Source of the DNA: Dipteris shenzhenensis
Lineage: Eukaryota
Assembly: GCA_047967505.1 (NCBI GenBank)
Contig: CM106538.1
Length of the DNA: 64,000 bases
Reading direction: 5' to 3' (one strand)
Below are positions 24,430 to 37,030 of this stretch, one piece after another (position 1 is the stretch's first letter; every line of letters begins with the position of its first letter). The position numbers and the translations under genes were made by a program. The notes under the pieces are model-generated. The model saw only the letters and a program-made list of their open reading frames with translations, was not told the origin of the DNA and did no database searches.

Positions 24430-26890
24430 CATAGGATTTTAGGGGAAGATCCCCAATTGCATCTACAAGAATTTAATTATGTCCAACCATAGTCGAAGAT
24501 GTATACAAAATGGTGCACTTCTCTCAAATGTTTAACTAGGCTTGGACATGGAATGCTGGATTGTATCTTGGGTGGATACCCAACTACTAGTAGAGCTACA
24601 AAGATCTCTTTAATGAAAAACTTAGGACAATGATTACTATGCATGGTTTATTTTCAGGATGACACAACCTCAAATAGGGGCCAATAGAAACTGCAAAAGA
24701 TTATTCCCACGCAAGGTCCAAGTGTTGATTTGACAAAGTGATGGTTGTATGATGCCTATTATAGTGTCACAAAACCAATCATTTGAGGTTTGAAGTGACT
24801 AATACAACTATATGTGAGACGTGAAAATCCATATACACTAGCTACTGCTATGGCTAGTGTAATAGCTAAGCAAAGGCATTACAAGCTCATGATGGGAGTA
24901 GTAGAACAACTAGTCAAGTAGGAGTTCCCGCACTAGTGTTGACACCAATGCTCCTAGCTATTGTTAATCCATTGATCCAACACCCCCTTTCGGCGTATTT
25001 GATACCTCATGACAATACTATGAATGAGGTAAAGGATATGATTCTATATTTTCATTTCACAATTGATGAAAATTTCAAGGCTTTTGTTGCTCTCATTAAT
25101 ATTAAAAAAAGGCACACATTACATAGGGTCATAGAAGACATTATGTTCCAAACTTAGGTCTTACATGCCAAGCTTGCAAGTCAATGGCCACAGATCTGAT
25201 GCCTCATTGTGAGCACTGTTCGAGACCAGGACATAAAGAAGAGACCTATGAGAAGAAATTGTATGATATGACAAAGAATGAGACAAGTAGCCATATGTTT
25301 AACCCCCCCTATTTATGGTTGAATGTGAATATGATTTAAAAGGCTAAGCGTTTATCAAAGGATCTTCTACTATGAATTAATGCACATAAGTTAGTGGGCT
25401 ATTATGAGCTAGTGATACCCACACATAACAAATAGGTACATATCATGACCTATTGTTGTAAAACAAAGAATTTAAATACTAAAGAGGTTTCATTGAATAC
25501 TGTGCCAATAGAAATCACAACTAACCTGTTAGTAGTCATTGAAGAGCTCACTAAGGTAAAGCAAGCCTACATGAACTGATTGAATGAGAATCCACGTTTG
25601 AATGGGAAAGACACTAGGATGAGTAAATATTGAGAGGCCTATTAAAACAAGATATAAAGATATAGGGAGGAATAAGGGTAGGCTCAAGTATTTTCATCAA
25701 CCTCTACTAGGTTTTGAGCCATGTGATTATTACATGGACCTAGCAAAGTCGCCTATGTCTATGACAATGCTACAAGCTATAATTCAATGAATAATGAGGA
25801 TACTATTTAAAGATACAAAGAATATCTTAGACACACCCCTAATGAATAATTTCATGACAATAGCTCTAATTATAGCAAATAAGAGTTACTCATGATCTAC
25901 ATTGATATTGAGGGAAAGACTATAGTGAGATGCCATAGTTGACACTAATTCGAGAATGAGCATGAGCTTTGAGACATTTGAGAGCTTGGGTCTAAAGATT
26001 TCAAGCTATGCCTTCCAAATAATTAAAATGGAAAATGAGAGCAATGACATTTATGAAGGAATATTGTATCAAGTCCCTACATAGGAGTATCAGGGTAATT
26101 ATAATGTAGGAGCTCCACATCTTAAAAACGGCAGAAGGTTAATCACAACACTCCATGCTACTAGGGCAACCATGGGTTGTAAGATTTTATTGTCAAATTG
26201 ATATTTTCATGGGGGATCTAGATTTGGGTAGAGGTAAGAATTCAATAGTAATTGACACATACCCAAAGGCTTTGCTCTCAAAATGAGCAAAAATGTTTGA
26301 CACAAGCTATTGAAATTTTGAAGATGACACCGAATCTATGAGTAGTGGATTTTGGATTGGGGGATATCTACAAACTAATCCAAAATGGATGGGAGAAATA
26401 GTCTTTAATGGCTTGAAGACAAAGCATTGATGATTGTAAGAGAGGCAGATGTCAGAACAATAAATCTTGGCTTTGTTTGAGAACATTAAGAATATGTAGG
26501 GAGCATAGCATTTAGATGGCAAACTACAAAGGCAATTGATGCAGCTATGGCTTGGACTTACAAGGATTTAAAAGGAATCATCCTTCGTTCACACTAGGAA
26601 CCAAGCTAGTTTGACAACCATGCTATCAATTAGTCTCGATAAGCTACACTTGATATGCTATGCTGAAATTATGAAGCTAATCAAGGCTTGGCTCATCTTT
26701 CCAGTATAAATTTTTGAATTATGTTCACTTGTTGTCATGGTTCCCACAGAGCGTTCAAGTAGACTATGAGTTTGCATTGATTTTAGGGATTTGAACAAGG
26801 TGACCATACTAGATTCATACCCATTACCATTCACTGATTAAAAGCTTGATCAAATAGCTAGTATAGAGCTTTACAATTTAATGCAAGGTA
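24430..26890 (+). mobile_element. Highly degenerate Ty3/gypsy gag-protease-RT relic
   Basis: LGEDPQLHLQEF (gag), CEHCSRPGHKEET (zinc knuckle), AIVDT (protease), MLLGQPW, VCIDFRDLNKVTILDSYPLPF (gypsy RT), in the expected order with many stops. Confidence 0.8.
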
Positions 26891-27467
26891 TAATTAGATT
26901 GATATTACATGTGAGGATAAGGTAATGACCATATTTGTCTTACTGTCTAGGTTTTTTAGTAGCCATGTTATACCCTTTATGTTGCAGAATGCCCAATATG
27001 AAAGGTTTATCAAAAATTCATTTGGCAATGTTGATATGAACAACTTTGAGCCCCTTATTTCTTCATTGTACTCTTCCATTTCTTCCATCCATATGGGGTC
27101 TCTCCCTCCATTGTAATGATGCCTTACATTGGGCCCATCCTTGCATTGAAATCCCTTGCCAAGATAATTGCATGCTCTCTAGAAAACCTAGCTATGAAGG
27201 GCAAAACTATATAAGTAAAAGATGAAGCTTTATAATATGAGTAAAGGATGTAAGTGTAGAAGAACTAAAACCTTTTAGGAAGATGAATATGTAGCCACTC
27301 CTTAGGCTTTTTAAAAAGCATCAAAACTTCTTCTAGATTTCTCAAATTGTTATCTTGTGGATGAATCATTTTCTACTACATGTTCTAACATGGTTTGAAC
27401 ATAGGGCATTAGACGTGCATAGCATGGTTTGAACATAGGGCACTAGACGTGCATGTCTAGATTTTAT

Positions 27468-30060
27468 TGTAGGAAGGCTCACCCCTTAGTTGAGTGTACT
27501 TGGATCCTGAGAAGGTAAAGTGTATCAACAAGGAGATTCCTATTCCATAAAATAGTTTTCTAGCTCTAGAGCTCTTTGGGAGGGGCATGCAGTATAATAT
27601 AGGTGCTTCATCAAGGACTTGTTGAGGATGGTGTGAATTGCACGAGACCTCTAGGCCATTAGGGGAAAACCCTAACCCTAACCCTAACCCTAAGGGGTTC
27701 ACATGTATATCTTCACGTTTGTGTTCAATACAGTGTAGTGTACATCTAGCTATATCATGTGCACTCCTCTCTCTCTCTCCCTCTCTCACTTTTGCTATCA
27801 TGGTATCGGAGAACTAGGTGCTCGCACTCCATGAGTGTCAAGCCCTCCTCTCATGAGGCATCTTCCATTGAGAGAGTTTTCCATCAAAGAGAGTATAAGC
27901 CCATGCAAAGAGAGTTTTCTGTGAGAAAAAGATAGGATTAGAAATATTGTCTACTTGATTATGAGAGAAAGATAGGATTTAGACTTCTGTTATTTTGTGA
28001 GAGAAGAATTACTTCTCAGGCCTCCATAGCTCTACAACAAGCACCTACATCTCAGCCTTCGAGCTTCATCAACTGCAAAAGAAACTTAGGAAAACAAGTG
28101 CCTCAAAGGTCCAAAGCAATGCGACACCAACCTCGTAATATCAAAAGTAAAACTACGCCTTGAACCACTAGACAACAGCTCAATGGCTCTACATTAAAGG
28201 TTGACACAGTTTCCAACAATAGACCAGCCCCTACAGCTCAACACACTAGTGACCAAAGGCTTCATAGCGCCATTTGACATCTACAATGAGGTGACCCTTC
28301 TCCATCATACTCTCATGGCCAACCAACCAAAGCTCTAGCTCCAAAGCTCACCAAACTCCATGCCTTAAAAAACTTCTCTTTGGTGACTCCAACAGTGATA
28401 GCCAGCTTCTCCAGCACCAAGTGACTCCTTTCTATTATGTTGACTACCTACATCAAAGGCAGCACCTCCAACAAGCCTAACAAAGTCTTCACAATAATTA
28501 AGTCTCCTCCAACTATGTCAACGCAATGCATGCACGATAACCAGCTAGCAATCTTCTAATCTCTTCAATGCGAGCTTCAACGACTCCTCGAAGCGACCCA
28601 GTTGACCTCAAAGGAGTCTATAGCAACACAAGTGACCTGTACAAATGACCTTCAAAAGCAACACCCCCTCTCTCTTACAAATAATGGCATCGTTAGCAAC
28701 GACCTCACAATGACTCATTCAACACGCTCACTACTCCAACCGGCCTCATCGTCTAAAGCCTTCACGGTTCCTACATAGCAAGGCACTAGATATAGTGCCA
28801 CACTCTGCTCCAAGCTCTTGTAGCCCAAACTATCAGCGGTCCAATCTGCTGACTACACTTCAGCAAGCAACTCTCCACCATGGCCAATAGCGTGCCACCT
28901 CTAGCTCGACAACCTCTCACTGCCAATGCCATGACCAAACAACGTCTTGGCATCTGCCATGCAAGCAAAATGAGCCTCAATTGGCAACACATGCATCTCC
29001 AGAGGTTGCATGGAACATGCTTCACCTCACAACAAGAGCACAGCTCTTCAACGCAGTCGCTCTAGTCTCAACGACTACACGAGCCTTCTCCAATGGTTGC
29101 AACCTCAGGCACTTAGCTCCCATACACTCAAGCTCCATCAATGACTCCTCTACTACTTGTCCAACATTCTCTAGCCAATGGACGATGTCAGTGACCAATG
29201 ACAATAGCTCCTATAGCACATAGACTACAAACTATTGACTAAATTGGCTCCATAAGTGTTGCATATATGATCAGCCAGTGCCAAGCCTTCATGCAATGAG
29301 CCGATTGAAAATACAAACCTCTAACTAAAACGACAAACCTCACAAAATTAACTCCAGGCAACACCCGTCACAACGAACTGATCACTCACGGCTTTAGTAG
29401 ACAATGCTCCAGTCAAGACTCTCTCCCACCTGGACCTCAGCGCCCATCAGCTCCTCCTCACATAGCCTCCCTAGCCACAAACTAAGAAAACATACTTTCT
29501 ATGGCTCCTCTAGCCAGCAAATGGTCTACATCGCCCCCACCATTCCAATCGGCTCCTATAAGTCTCTTCGCTTTGACTCAACAAACGCCTACAACCTCTA
29601 AATGACTCAAAGTCTCTACATGATCACAGATTGTAGCTGATGGTCCTCTAGCTCCTCACGTCCATAGGAGCCCGATGGCTCATCAACTCCATCAATAGAA
29701 TCTCACAAAGATTTTGTCAAAATCTCTGTAGATTCCAGTGATCCACCATGTCACCTTTATCCTCAACCTCACCATAGGTTGAGTGAGTGGTCAAAGATCT
29801 TCCATGTGGTAGGCTTATCTACCACATCATTTGCTATGGAAAATTGCCACATCACTACCACATGGTGCCCTATCCATAAGGGCCACATCATTGGAGGGCC
29901 ACATGAGTGCCTTATCATACACTCCGTGGAACTTGCCACATCAATAAGGCATTCCTTATGCCACATTCAGTGGTCCCACAATTGCCACCTCAGCTACCCA
30001 GTCAGCAATGCCATGCCACCATGTGCAATGTGGCAATGCATAGTCATTAGTGCTAGCTAT
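27468..30060 (+). mobile_element. LTR, PBS and non-coding C/A-rich internal region (LARD-like)
   Basis: ..TATCA|TGGTATCGGAG (PBS at 27801), followed by ~2.2 kb of low-complexity CAACGACTC-rich DNA with no retroelement ORF. LTR start is approximate. Confidence 0.55.
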
Positions 30061-30488
30061 GACAAAATATGAAGAGGGGAGAGGAGAAGAGTGGAGATGA
30101 GGAGAGAGGGCACAGCTAGAAAGCACACCACAAATGACTAACTGTACACTAGATTTAGTTGTAAAATGTAGAATACATACAAACCCTTTTAGGGTTATGG
30201 TTAGGGCTATGACCAAGGAAAAATGTATATCCCTATGTCGATCTCCTGGTCTCATGATCTTTGGCGTAGTCACTGTCACAGTATCCATGCAACCTTGGAT
30301 GACTTCCTTTGCATTCTATTCCAAACTATCTTGTACCTCTAATGTATCTTAAGACTCTTTTGGTTGCATTCTAGTGAGACTATTTGGGATTTGCCATAAA
30401 CTATGCAAGTGAACTTATTGCATAATAGATATCTGGCCGTGTGATAGTTAGATATATAAGAGATCTGATGAGCTGTCGATAGTACCTG

Positions 30489-31311
30489 TCATTGATGGTA
30501 GGCTTTTCTAAATCTTTTGTAAGTTTCAAATTTCAGCTGATTCATAAAGGTGCTGTTTGAATCTCTCCAGAACTCAATTCCAAGACAATAGTGCGTAAGT
30601 CCAAGATCTTTCATGTCGAACTCTGCAAATAAGTCTTCTTTCAACTTTTTTATGAAGCTCTCATTGCTTTCAGTCACAATCAAACAAAAGTGCAATAGTA
30701 ATGTCTTCCCCCTGAACTTTGTAGTAGAGAGTATGATCTGCATTGGGACTTTATGTATCCCAGATTAGCAAAATACTTGTCTATTTTGTTGTACCAACTT
30801 CTGGGTGCTTGCTTTAAGCCATAGAGACTTTTCTTGAGATGGCAAATTTGATTCTCTTTTCCTGGTTCAACATAACCTGCTGGTTGTTGCATGTAGACTT
30901 CCTCGTCTAGATAACCATTCAGAAAAGCATTCTTGACATCAAGTTGGTACACATTCCATCCATTGAGTGTCACTAGTGATATCAAGAACCATATGGAATC
31001 CATCAGATTCTTTGCTACTAGAGCATAAGTCTCATCATAATCCTGACCATATTGCTATGCAAATCCTTTTACAACTAGTTTGGCTTTGTATCTTTCAATG
31101 CTTCCATCTGGATTATACTTTGTAAACCCATTTGTTTGCGATTGCCTTATTTCCTAGTGGAAAGTATACTGGCTCTTCTCTAGCCATAATGGTAGTCAGA
31201 AGAGCATAGTTAGTGGTTTTAACCTAAATTGCTTTGCCTTTCTGAGCATATGTCAATTTGGCTAGAGGTTTGCTTTCCCTAGTAGACCGTTTGAGTTGCT
31301 GTGGTTCTTCT
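30489..31311 (-). mobile_element. Old degenerate Ty1/copia RT fragment; left half of the element interrupted by the young copia
   Basis: YQLDVKNAFLNGYLDEEVYMQQP, LKKSLYGLKQAPRSWY, FDMKDLG on the minus strand with frameshifts. Confidence 0.9.
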
Positions 31312-34300
31312 TGTTGAGATATCAAGCTCTATCCCCGACATATCTCCTGGATGACTATCATTTATGTCACCGCCTATGTTAGTTGTACTCGTGGTGTAGT
31401 TAGACTACCACGTATGTTTTTGGTTTGGGTTCACATATGAACCACGTATTCTAGGTTTTGACATATAGGGTATTTCCCTCTTCTATTGTATTGTTGTTGT
31501 GTGCAAAAGTGAAGAAAGGCTTCACCCTCCAACCTTGTGTCCTCTCTCTTTTGTGTGTTGTGAAGAAAGCTGAACTTGAGTCTCCTATCTCTCTCCCTTA
31601 TTCTTTACATGGTATCAGAGCCTTGTTCGTGGTAAGGAGCTCAAGAAAGCTAGCCAAGTTTGTGGTGTCCTGGTAAGAGGACCAGTGTAGCTTTCCTATT
31701 TCGAGTTTGGGAGCAAATCTCTGCAGGTAGCATAGCCAGAAGTGCAGGAGTGCACTGCTTCAGATTGAGAGGCCCTTCGCGGTGCGGCGAGAGCGCAGTA
31801 TATGCTGCGGGAAAGGGGGAAGCCCTTGGCGACTTTATTTTTCTGATTTGAGGCCGTTTCGGGGCCCGTTTCGAAGGCGGAAGTTCTTCGCAGGCACTCA
31901 GAAAAAGGCCCTGTTTTTGCTGTGCGACCACCGCGCGGCTAGTCGGTGGAAAGGTGCCATAGAAATTGCATCGTATGCCTATGTGCAGAGATATTGGGAG
32001 TTGCAGATTCATGCCTGTTGCCTGTTGATGCAAAATCGTCACGAGGAAGTGACTGTGTGGTGAAATACCACTTTCGTCAGTGTTGCAGATCTGCCCCTGT
32101 GAGGCTCTTTGCAAAAGTTTTGCTATTTGCCCTTCTGAGGCATTTGCTGTGTTTACAGGTTGCTGTTGCAATTCGTGATTTGTAAAATGTCTGAGAATCT
32201 GTCTACCATTGTCAGTGAGAAGCTTGACAAGAACAACTTCCAAGCATGGAAGTTCAGGATGACAAACTTCTTTATGGGAAAGGGAGTTTGGGATTACATC
32301 AGTGGTGAAACTGCAGAACCAGTTTTGGGTGCTGCTCCCACTCCTGCTGAATTGAAGGCCTTTAAAGAATGGCATGAAAAAGCCAGAAAATGCCTGTATT
32401 GGCTGTCCGTTAGCATTTCAGATTCTATGATTGTGCATATACAGGATCTAGAGACGCCTAAGGAGGCATGGGATACATTGGTGAAGCTGTATAGCATAAA
32501 TACCAAAGCACGAAAGATGCAGCTAAAGCAGGAGTTGCACAATGTGCAAAGGAAAAATCTGAATATAAATGAGTATTCCTTGAAGGTGAAAGGCCTTGCA
32601 GATTCTCTTGCCTCCATTGGAGCACCTGTTGATGATGAGGACTTAGTGTCCGTGACCTTGAATGGTCTTGGGAAAGATTATGCACAATTTCGGACATCCA
32701 TTGGAGTCCGTGAAACATTTCCTGATTTTCAGGAACTTATTGCTCTCTTGCTGAGTGAAGAGCAAAGGAATGGTGGTTCAGCCACCTCAACTTCTCAAGA
32801 GACTGCTTTCTACTCGAATACAGGTAGAGGCAGGGGTAGAGGAAGAGGCCGTTCTGGTGGCCGTGCAGGAAATCAGAACCAACAGCAACAACAGGAAAAC
32901 CAGTCCTATGGAGGAGGACGTGGTAGTTCTAGAGGCAGGGGGAGCCAAAGAGGCCGTGGTTCATGGCAAAGGAACCAGCAAGTAAATAGCAGCACAGAAT
33001 GCTATTATTGTGGAAAGCCTGGACACAAGGAGAATACATGCTATAAAAAGCAGAATGACATCAAAAGTGGAAAGTTGCAGCAAAGCAACTATGCATCATC
33101 AAGTGGGCATGGTGACGACAGAAATGAGCACCTTTTTGTGATGCAGCATATGGTTAACTCCATGTCAGGAGATGCTGCAGCTTGCAATGATGTTTGGTAT
33201 GTTGATTCAGGTGCCTCTAACCACATGACCAGTCATGGTGAGTGGTTTCATGATGTCAGAAATTTGGATAAGCCAGGTTATGTTGAAACAGGTGATGATA
33301 CTGCGCACCCAATTACGCAGGTTGGTAAAGTGCCATTGGCTATGCAGGATGGAAAAACAAAGTACTTGGCAGATGTACTTCATGTTCCAAAATTCACTAA
33401 GAACCTGGTTTCAGTTGGCCAGATGGTTGAGCAAGGTCTGCAGGTTAGATTTAATCCTGATGGATGCTTTGTTGAGGACTTGAAAAATAAATGCTGCTTG
33501 GTTGCGAAAGGCAACAAAAATGGAAGAATGTTCACCTTGGATGTTGATATGCCTGAGGTGAAAGCTGCTATGTTTGCGCATGGGAGAGGTGTCATTGCAG
33601 ATATTGAGATATGGCACAAGCGCATTGGGCACGTGAATATACAAAGGCTGAAATCTATGCAAACGAAAAACATTGTTGCAGGTTTGCCTAAATTCAGAGT
33701 TGAGGGAATGCAAAAGGTATGTGAAGCATGCCAAATGGGTAAGCAGGCCAGACATGCATTTCCCAAAAATGCTAAGGTGAGCAGAAGACCTTTGGAAGTG
33801 ATCCATTCAGATGTTTGGACAACCAAAGCTGCTTCTATTGGTGGATGCCATTATTATGTGACGCTTATTGATGACTACACTAGGAAGGTGTGGATTTATT
33901 TTATGAAGCACAAAAGTGAAGTGTTCAGCCATTTCAAGGCTTTTAAGGCCATGGTTGAAAAAGAGAAAGGTGTGCATATTAAAGTGCTAAGATCTGATGG
34001 AGGGGGAGAGTACTTTTCAGAAGAATTTTGTGAATATCTGAAAGAACAGGGAATTCAAAGGAAGTACTCATGCAGGTCTACCCCTCAGCAGAATGGGGTT
34101 GCAGAAAGGAAGAACAGGCATATTGCAGAAGTAGGACGGGCGATCCTAAATGAGAAAAACATGCCTGATTATTTTTGGGCTGAAGCAGTAGCAACTGCTG
34201 TTTATATTATGAACAGAACCCCCACTGCAGCTGTCCATGGCATGATGCCTGAAGAAATGTATACAGGTCAAAAACCAGATATTTCTCACTTGAAGGTATT

Positions 34301-36797
34301 TGGTTGCATAGCTTATGTTCATGTTCCTGATGAGAAGAGAACAAAGCTGGATCCAAAGGCAGAAAAATGCATCTTTATTGGATATGCTCAGCACCAGAAA
34401 GGGTATCGCTGTTATAACCCTTCCACCCGCAAAATGCAAGTGAGCAGAGATGTTGTTTTTGATGAAATGAGCAGCTGGTATGCACCAACTGTTATGGTAG
34501 GAGATGCAGATGCAGGAAATGGGAATGCTGCAATAAATGCAGAGCAGCAATCTCAAGCCTTGAGTGGACCCAGAGAGTCCTCTACTAGTGGATCTAATGC
34601 ATGGACAGGGAGATTGAGATCTAGTGAATCGTCACATGGCAGTCCAGATAGTGTTGTGCAGGTATCACATAAGGGAAAAGAAAAAGTGGACCATACTCCA
34701 GTGTTTGATGTGTCTGCTGGTAGCTCTCATGTTGATGGAGAGTCAAGCGGCTCTGAAATGAGCCTTGATGAGGAACTTGGGATTCCTTCAGTTGTTACAC
34801 CTGGTGCAAGGAAAAGCAGGCATGATTTAAAGACGCCTGCAACTGATCCAGTTGTACGGAGGTCCACTCGTATTAAGTATCCAGTTGACAGGCTGAGATA
34901 TGATGGGTATACAGCACATCACTATGCTTATATGGTCAAGGTTCTAGAGGAGCCAGAGCCCACATGTTTTGAGGATGCAGCAGGGCATAAAAATTGGGAA
35001 GCAGCTATGGATGAAGAGATGGCTGCCTTGGATGCAAACCACACTTGGGATTTGATGCCTTTGCCTCATGATAAGAAGGCTATTGGCTGCAAGTGGGTTT
35101 ACAAAGTAAAGCACAATGCTGATGGGTCTGTTAGCAGGTACAAGGCAAGATTGGTTGCCAAAGGTTTTGCACAGACATATGGAATTGACTATGAGGAAAC
35201 TTTCAGCCCAGTTGCAAGGATGGCAACCGTGAGAGCAGTAATTGCTATGGCTGCTGCAAAGGGATGGTCTTTGCATCAGATGGATGTGAAAAATGCCTTC
35301 TTGCATGGTGACTTGCAGGAAGAGGTTTATATGATGCAGCCAGAAGGTTATGAGGATAAAGCACACCCCGATTTTGTATGCAGGTTGCGCAAAGCCTTGT
35401 ATGGCTTAAAACAGGCGCCGAGGGCATGGTCAGACAAGATAGGGCAATATCTTGTCACTATTGGATTTCAGATTTCCAATTCAGATTTTTCACTTTATGT
35501 GAAAAGGACAAACAGAGGGATTGTGCTTATAGTCATCTATGTTGATGACTTGATTATTACAGGTGATAGTGATGCAGACATTAATGAAGTGAAGCTGCTG
35601 TTGAAGCAAAAATTTGAGATGAAGGATTTGGGAGAGCTGCGTTACTTCTTGGGCATTGAGGTTATTAGATCCCCGAGTGGGATATGGCTGTTGCAAAGGC
35701 AATACGGTTTGGACATGCTGTCCAAATATGGGATGACAGGCTGTAAGCCTATCTCTGTTCCATTGGAGCAGAATGTGAAGCTCAATGCAGAGTCAGGTGA
35801 GCTTCTTGAAGATATTACTATGTACAGGCGCATAGTAGGTAGCTTGATTTACATGACTATAACCCGACCAGATTTGAGCTATGCTGTGGGGCTAGTGAGT
35901 CAGTTTATGCAGGCACCGAGGAAGCCACATTTGGATGCGGCTAGGCGCATACTGCGGTATGTGAAGTCCACATTGCATTATGGACTGTTTTATGAAGCTG
36001 GGTGTGCATTACAGGTACATGGATACACAGATGCTGACTGGGCTGGTAGTGTCTCAGACAGGAGATCTACTAGTGGCTTTATGTTTTCCCTTGGGAGTGG
36101 TGCCATCAGTTGGAGCAGCAAGAAGCAGCCAACAGTTGCCTTGTCGAGCACAGAGGCTGAGTACAGGGGTGCAGCAATGGCTGCATGTGAGGTAGCTTGG
36201 TTACGGAAGCTACTTGCAGATATGGGACAGTCAATTCATGCAGCAGTTGTCATTCATTGTGACAACATTAGCAGCATCATGCTTGCTAATAACCCAGTTT
36301 ATCATGCTAGAACGAAGCACATTGAGGTGCATTATCACTTTGTGAGAGAGAAGGTTCTAGCTGGTGAGATTGATCTTGTCTATGTCAGCACTGAGGAGCA
36401 GGTGGCTGATATCTTTACGAAGGCATTGGGTACTGAGAAGCTTCGCAGATTTAGGAGCTTGCTTGGTGTACGTGAGATGGATTTGAGCTTGAGGGGGAGT
36501 ATTGAGATATCAAGCTCTATCCCCGACATATCTCCTGGATGACTATCATTTATGTCACCGCCTATGTTAGTTGTACTCGTGGTGTAGTTAGACTACCACG
36601 TATGTTTTTGGTTTGGGTTCACATATGAACCACGTATTCTAGGTTTTGACATATAGGGTATTTCCCTCTTCTATTGTATTGTTGTTGTGTGCAAAAGTGA
36701 AGAAAGGCTTCACCCTCCAACCTTGTGTCCTCTCTCTTTTGTGTGTTGTGAAGAAAGCTGAACTTGAGTCTCCTATCTCTCTCCCTTATTCTTTACA
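31312..36797 (+). mobile_element. Intact, very young Ty1/copia LTR retrotransposon
   Basis: 298-bp LTRs at 31312-31609 and 36500-36797 differ by one base by eye. PBS TGGTATCAGAGC 31610-31621; PPT GAGGGGGAG 36491-36499; perfect 5-bp TSD CTTCT (31307-31311, 36798-36802). Confidence 0.98.
32187..36542 (+). CDS. Ty1/copia Gag-Pol polyprotein (single uninterrupted ORF, 1451 aa from the first ATG)
   Basis: Gag, RG-rich tract, CCHC knuckle CYYCGKPGHKENTC, protease WYVDSGAS, integrase zinc motif WHKRIGH..CEACQMGK and catalytic HSDVW/RSDGGGEY/NGVAERKN, RT DVKNAFL/YGLKQAPRAW/YVDDL, RNase H YTDADW/EAEY/CDN/ADIFTK. PR-IN-RT-RH order defines copia. Confidence 0.97.
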   Translation: MSENLSTIVSEKLDKNNFQAWKFRMTNFFMGKGVWDYISGETAEPVLGAAPTPAELKAFKEWHEKARKCLYWLSVSISDSMIVHIQDLETPKEAWDTLVKLYSINTKARKMQLKQELHNVQRKNLNINEYSLKVKGLADSLASIGAPVDDEDLVSVTLNGLGKDYAQFRTSIGVRETFPDFQELIALLLSEEQRNGGSATSTSQETAFYSNTGRGRGRGRGRSGGRAGNQNQQQQQENQSYGGGRGSSRGRGSQRGRGSWQRNQQVNSSTECYYCGKPGHKENTCYKKQNDIKSGKLQQSNYASSSGHGDDRNEHLFVMQHMVNSMSGDAAACNDVWYVDSGASNHMTSHGEWFHDVRNLDKPGYVETGDDTAHPITQVGKVPLAMQDGKTKYLADVLHVPKFTKNLVSVGQMVEQGLQVRFNPDGCFVEDLKNKCCLVAKGNKNGRMFTLDVDMPEVKAAMFAHGRGVIADIEIWHKRIGHVNIQRLKSMQTKNIVAGLPKFRVEGMQKVCEACQMGKQARHAFPKNAKVSRRPLEVIHSDVWTTKAASIGGCHYYVTLIDDYTRKVWIYFMKHKSEVFSHFKAFKAMVEKEKGVHIKVLRSDGGGEYFSEEFCEYLKEQGIQRKYSCRSTPQQNGVAERKNRHIAEVGRAILNEKNMPDYFWAEAVATAVYIMNRTPTAAVHGMMPEEMYTGQKPDISHLKVFGCIAYVHVPDEKRTKLDPKAEKCIFIGYAQHQKGYRCYNPSTRKMQVSRDVVFDEMSSWYAPTVMVGDADAGNGNAAINAEQQSQALSGPRESSTSGSNAWTGRLRSSESSHGSPDSVVQVSHKGKEKVDHTPVFDVSAGSSHVDGESSGSEMSLDEELGIPSVVTPGARKSRHDLKTPATDPVVRRSTRIKYPVDRLRYDGYTAHHYAYMVKVLEEPEPTCFEDAAGHKNWEAAMDEEMAALDANHTWDLMPLPHDKKAIGCKWVYKVKHNADGSVSRYKARLVAKGFAQTYGIDYEETFSPVARMATVRAVIAMAAAKGWSLHQMDVKNAFLHGDLQEEVYMMQPEGYEDKAHPDFVCRLRKALYGLKQAPRAWSDKIGQYLVTIGFQISNSDFSLYVKRTNRGIVLIVIYVDDLIITGDSDADINEVKLLLKQKFEMKDLGELRYFLGIEVIRSPSGIWLLQRQYGLDMLSKYGMTGCKPISVPLEQNVKLNAESGELLEDITMYRRIVGSLIYMTITRPDLSYAVGLVSQFMQAPRKPHLDAARRILRYVKSTLHYGLFYEAGCALQVHGYTDADWAGSVSDRRSTSGFMFSLGSGAISWSSKKQPTVALSSTEAEYRGAAMAACEVAWLRKLLADMGQSIHAAVVIHCDNISSIMLANNPVYHARTKHIEVHYHFVREKVLAGEIDLVYVSTEEQVADIFTKALGTEKLRRFRSLLGVREMDLSLRGSIEISSSIPDISPG

Positions 36798-37030
36798 CTT
36801 CTTGGGGTGCTTCTAGCAATTCTTGCTCTTCTTCATCAACCTTTTCTATAGATGATTGTGTAATCGGTGCATCTATCTCCTATGTATTTGAAGTTTTCCA
36901 TTCTGATTCCTCATCAAAGATTACATCTCTAGAGATAATTACCTTGTAGTTGATGGGATCATACAACTTGTATGCTTTGCTTTCTTCATTGTAGCCAACC
37001 ATGATGCATTTGCATGAAGCACCTAAATCA
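36798..37030 (-). mobile_element. Old Ty1/copia fragment (post-integrase region); right half of the interrupted element
   Basis: KCIMVGYNEESKAYKLYDP..KVIISRDVIFDE on the minus strand, colinear with 30489-31311. Confidence 0.85.

Noticed and set aside
32294-36195. Short antisense and alternate-frame ORFs within gag-pol
   Set aside because: Shadow ORFs of the long polyprotein frame.
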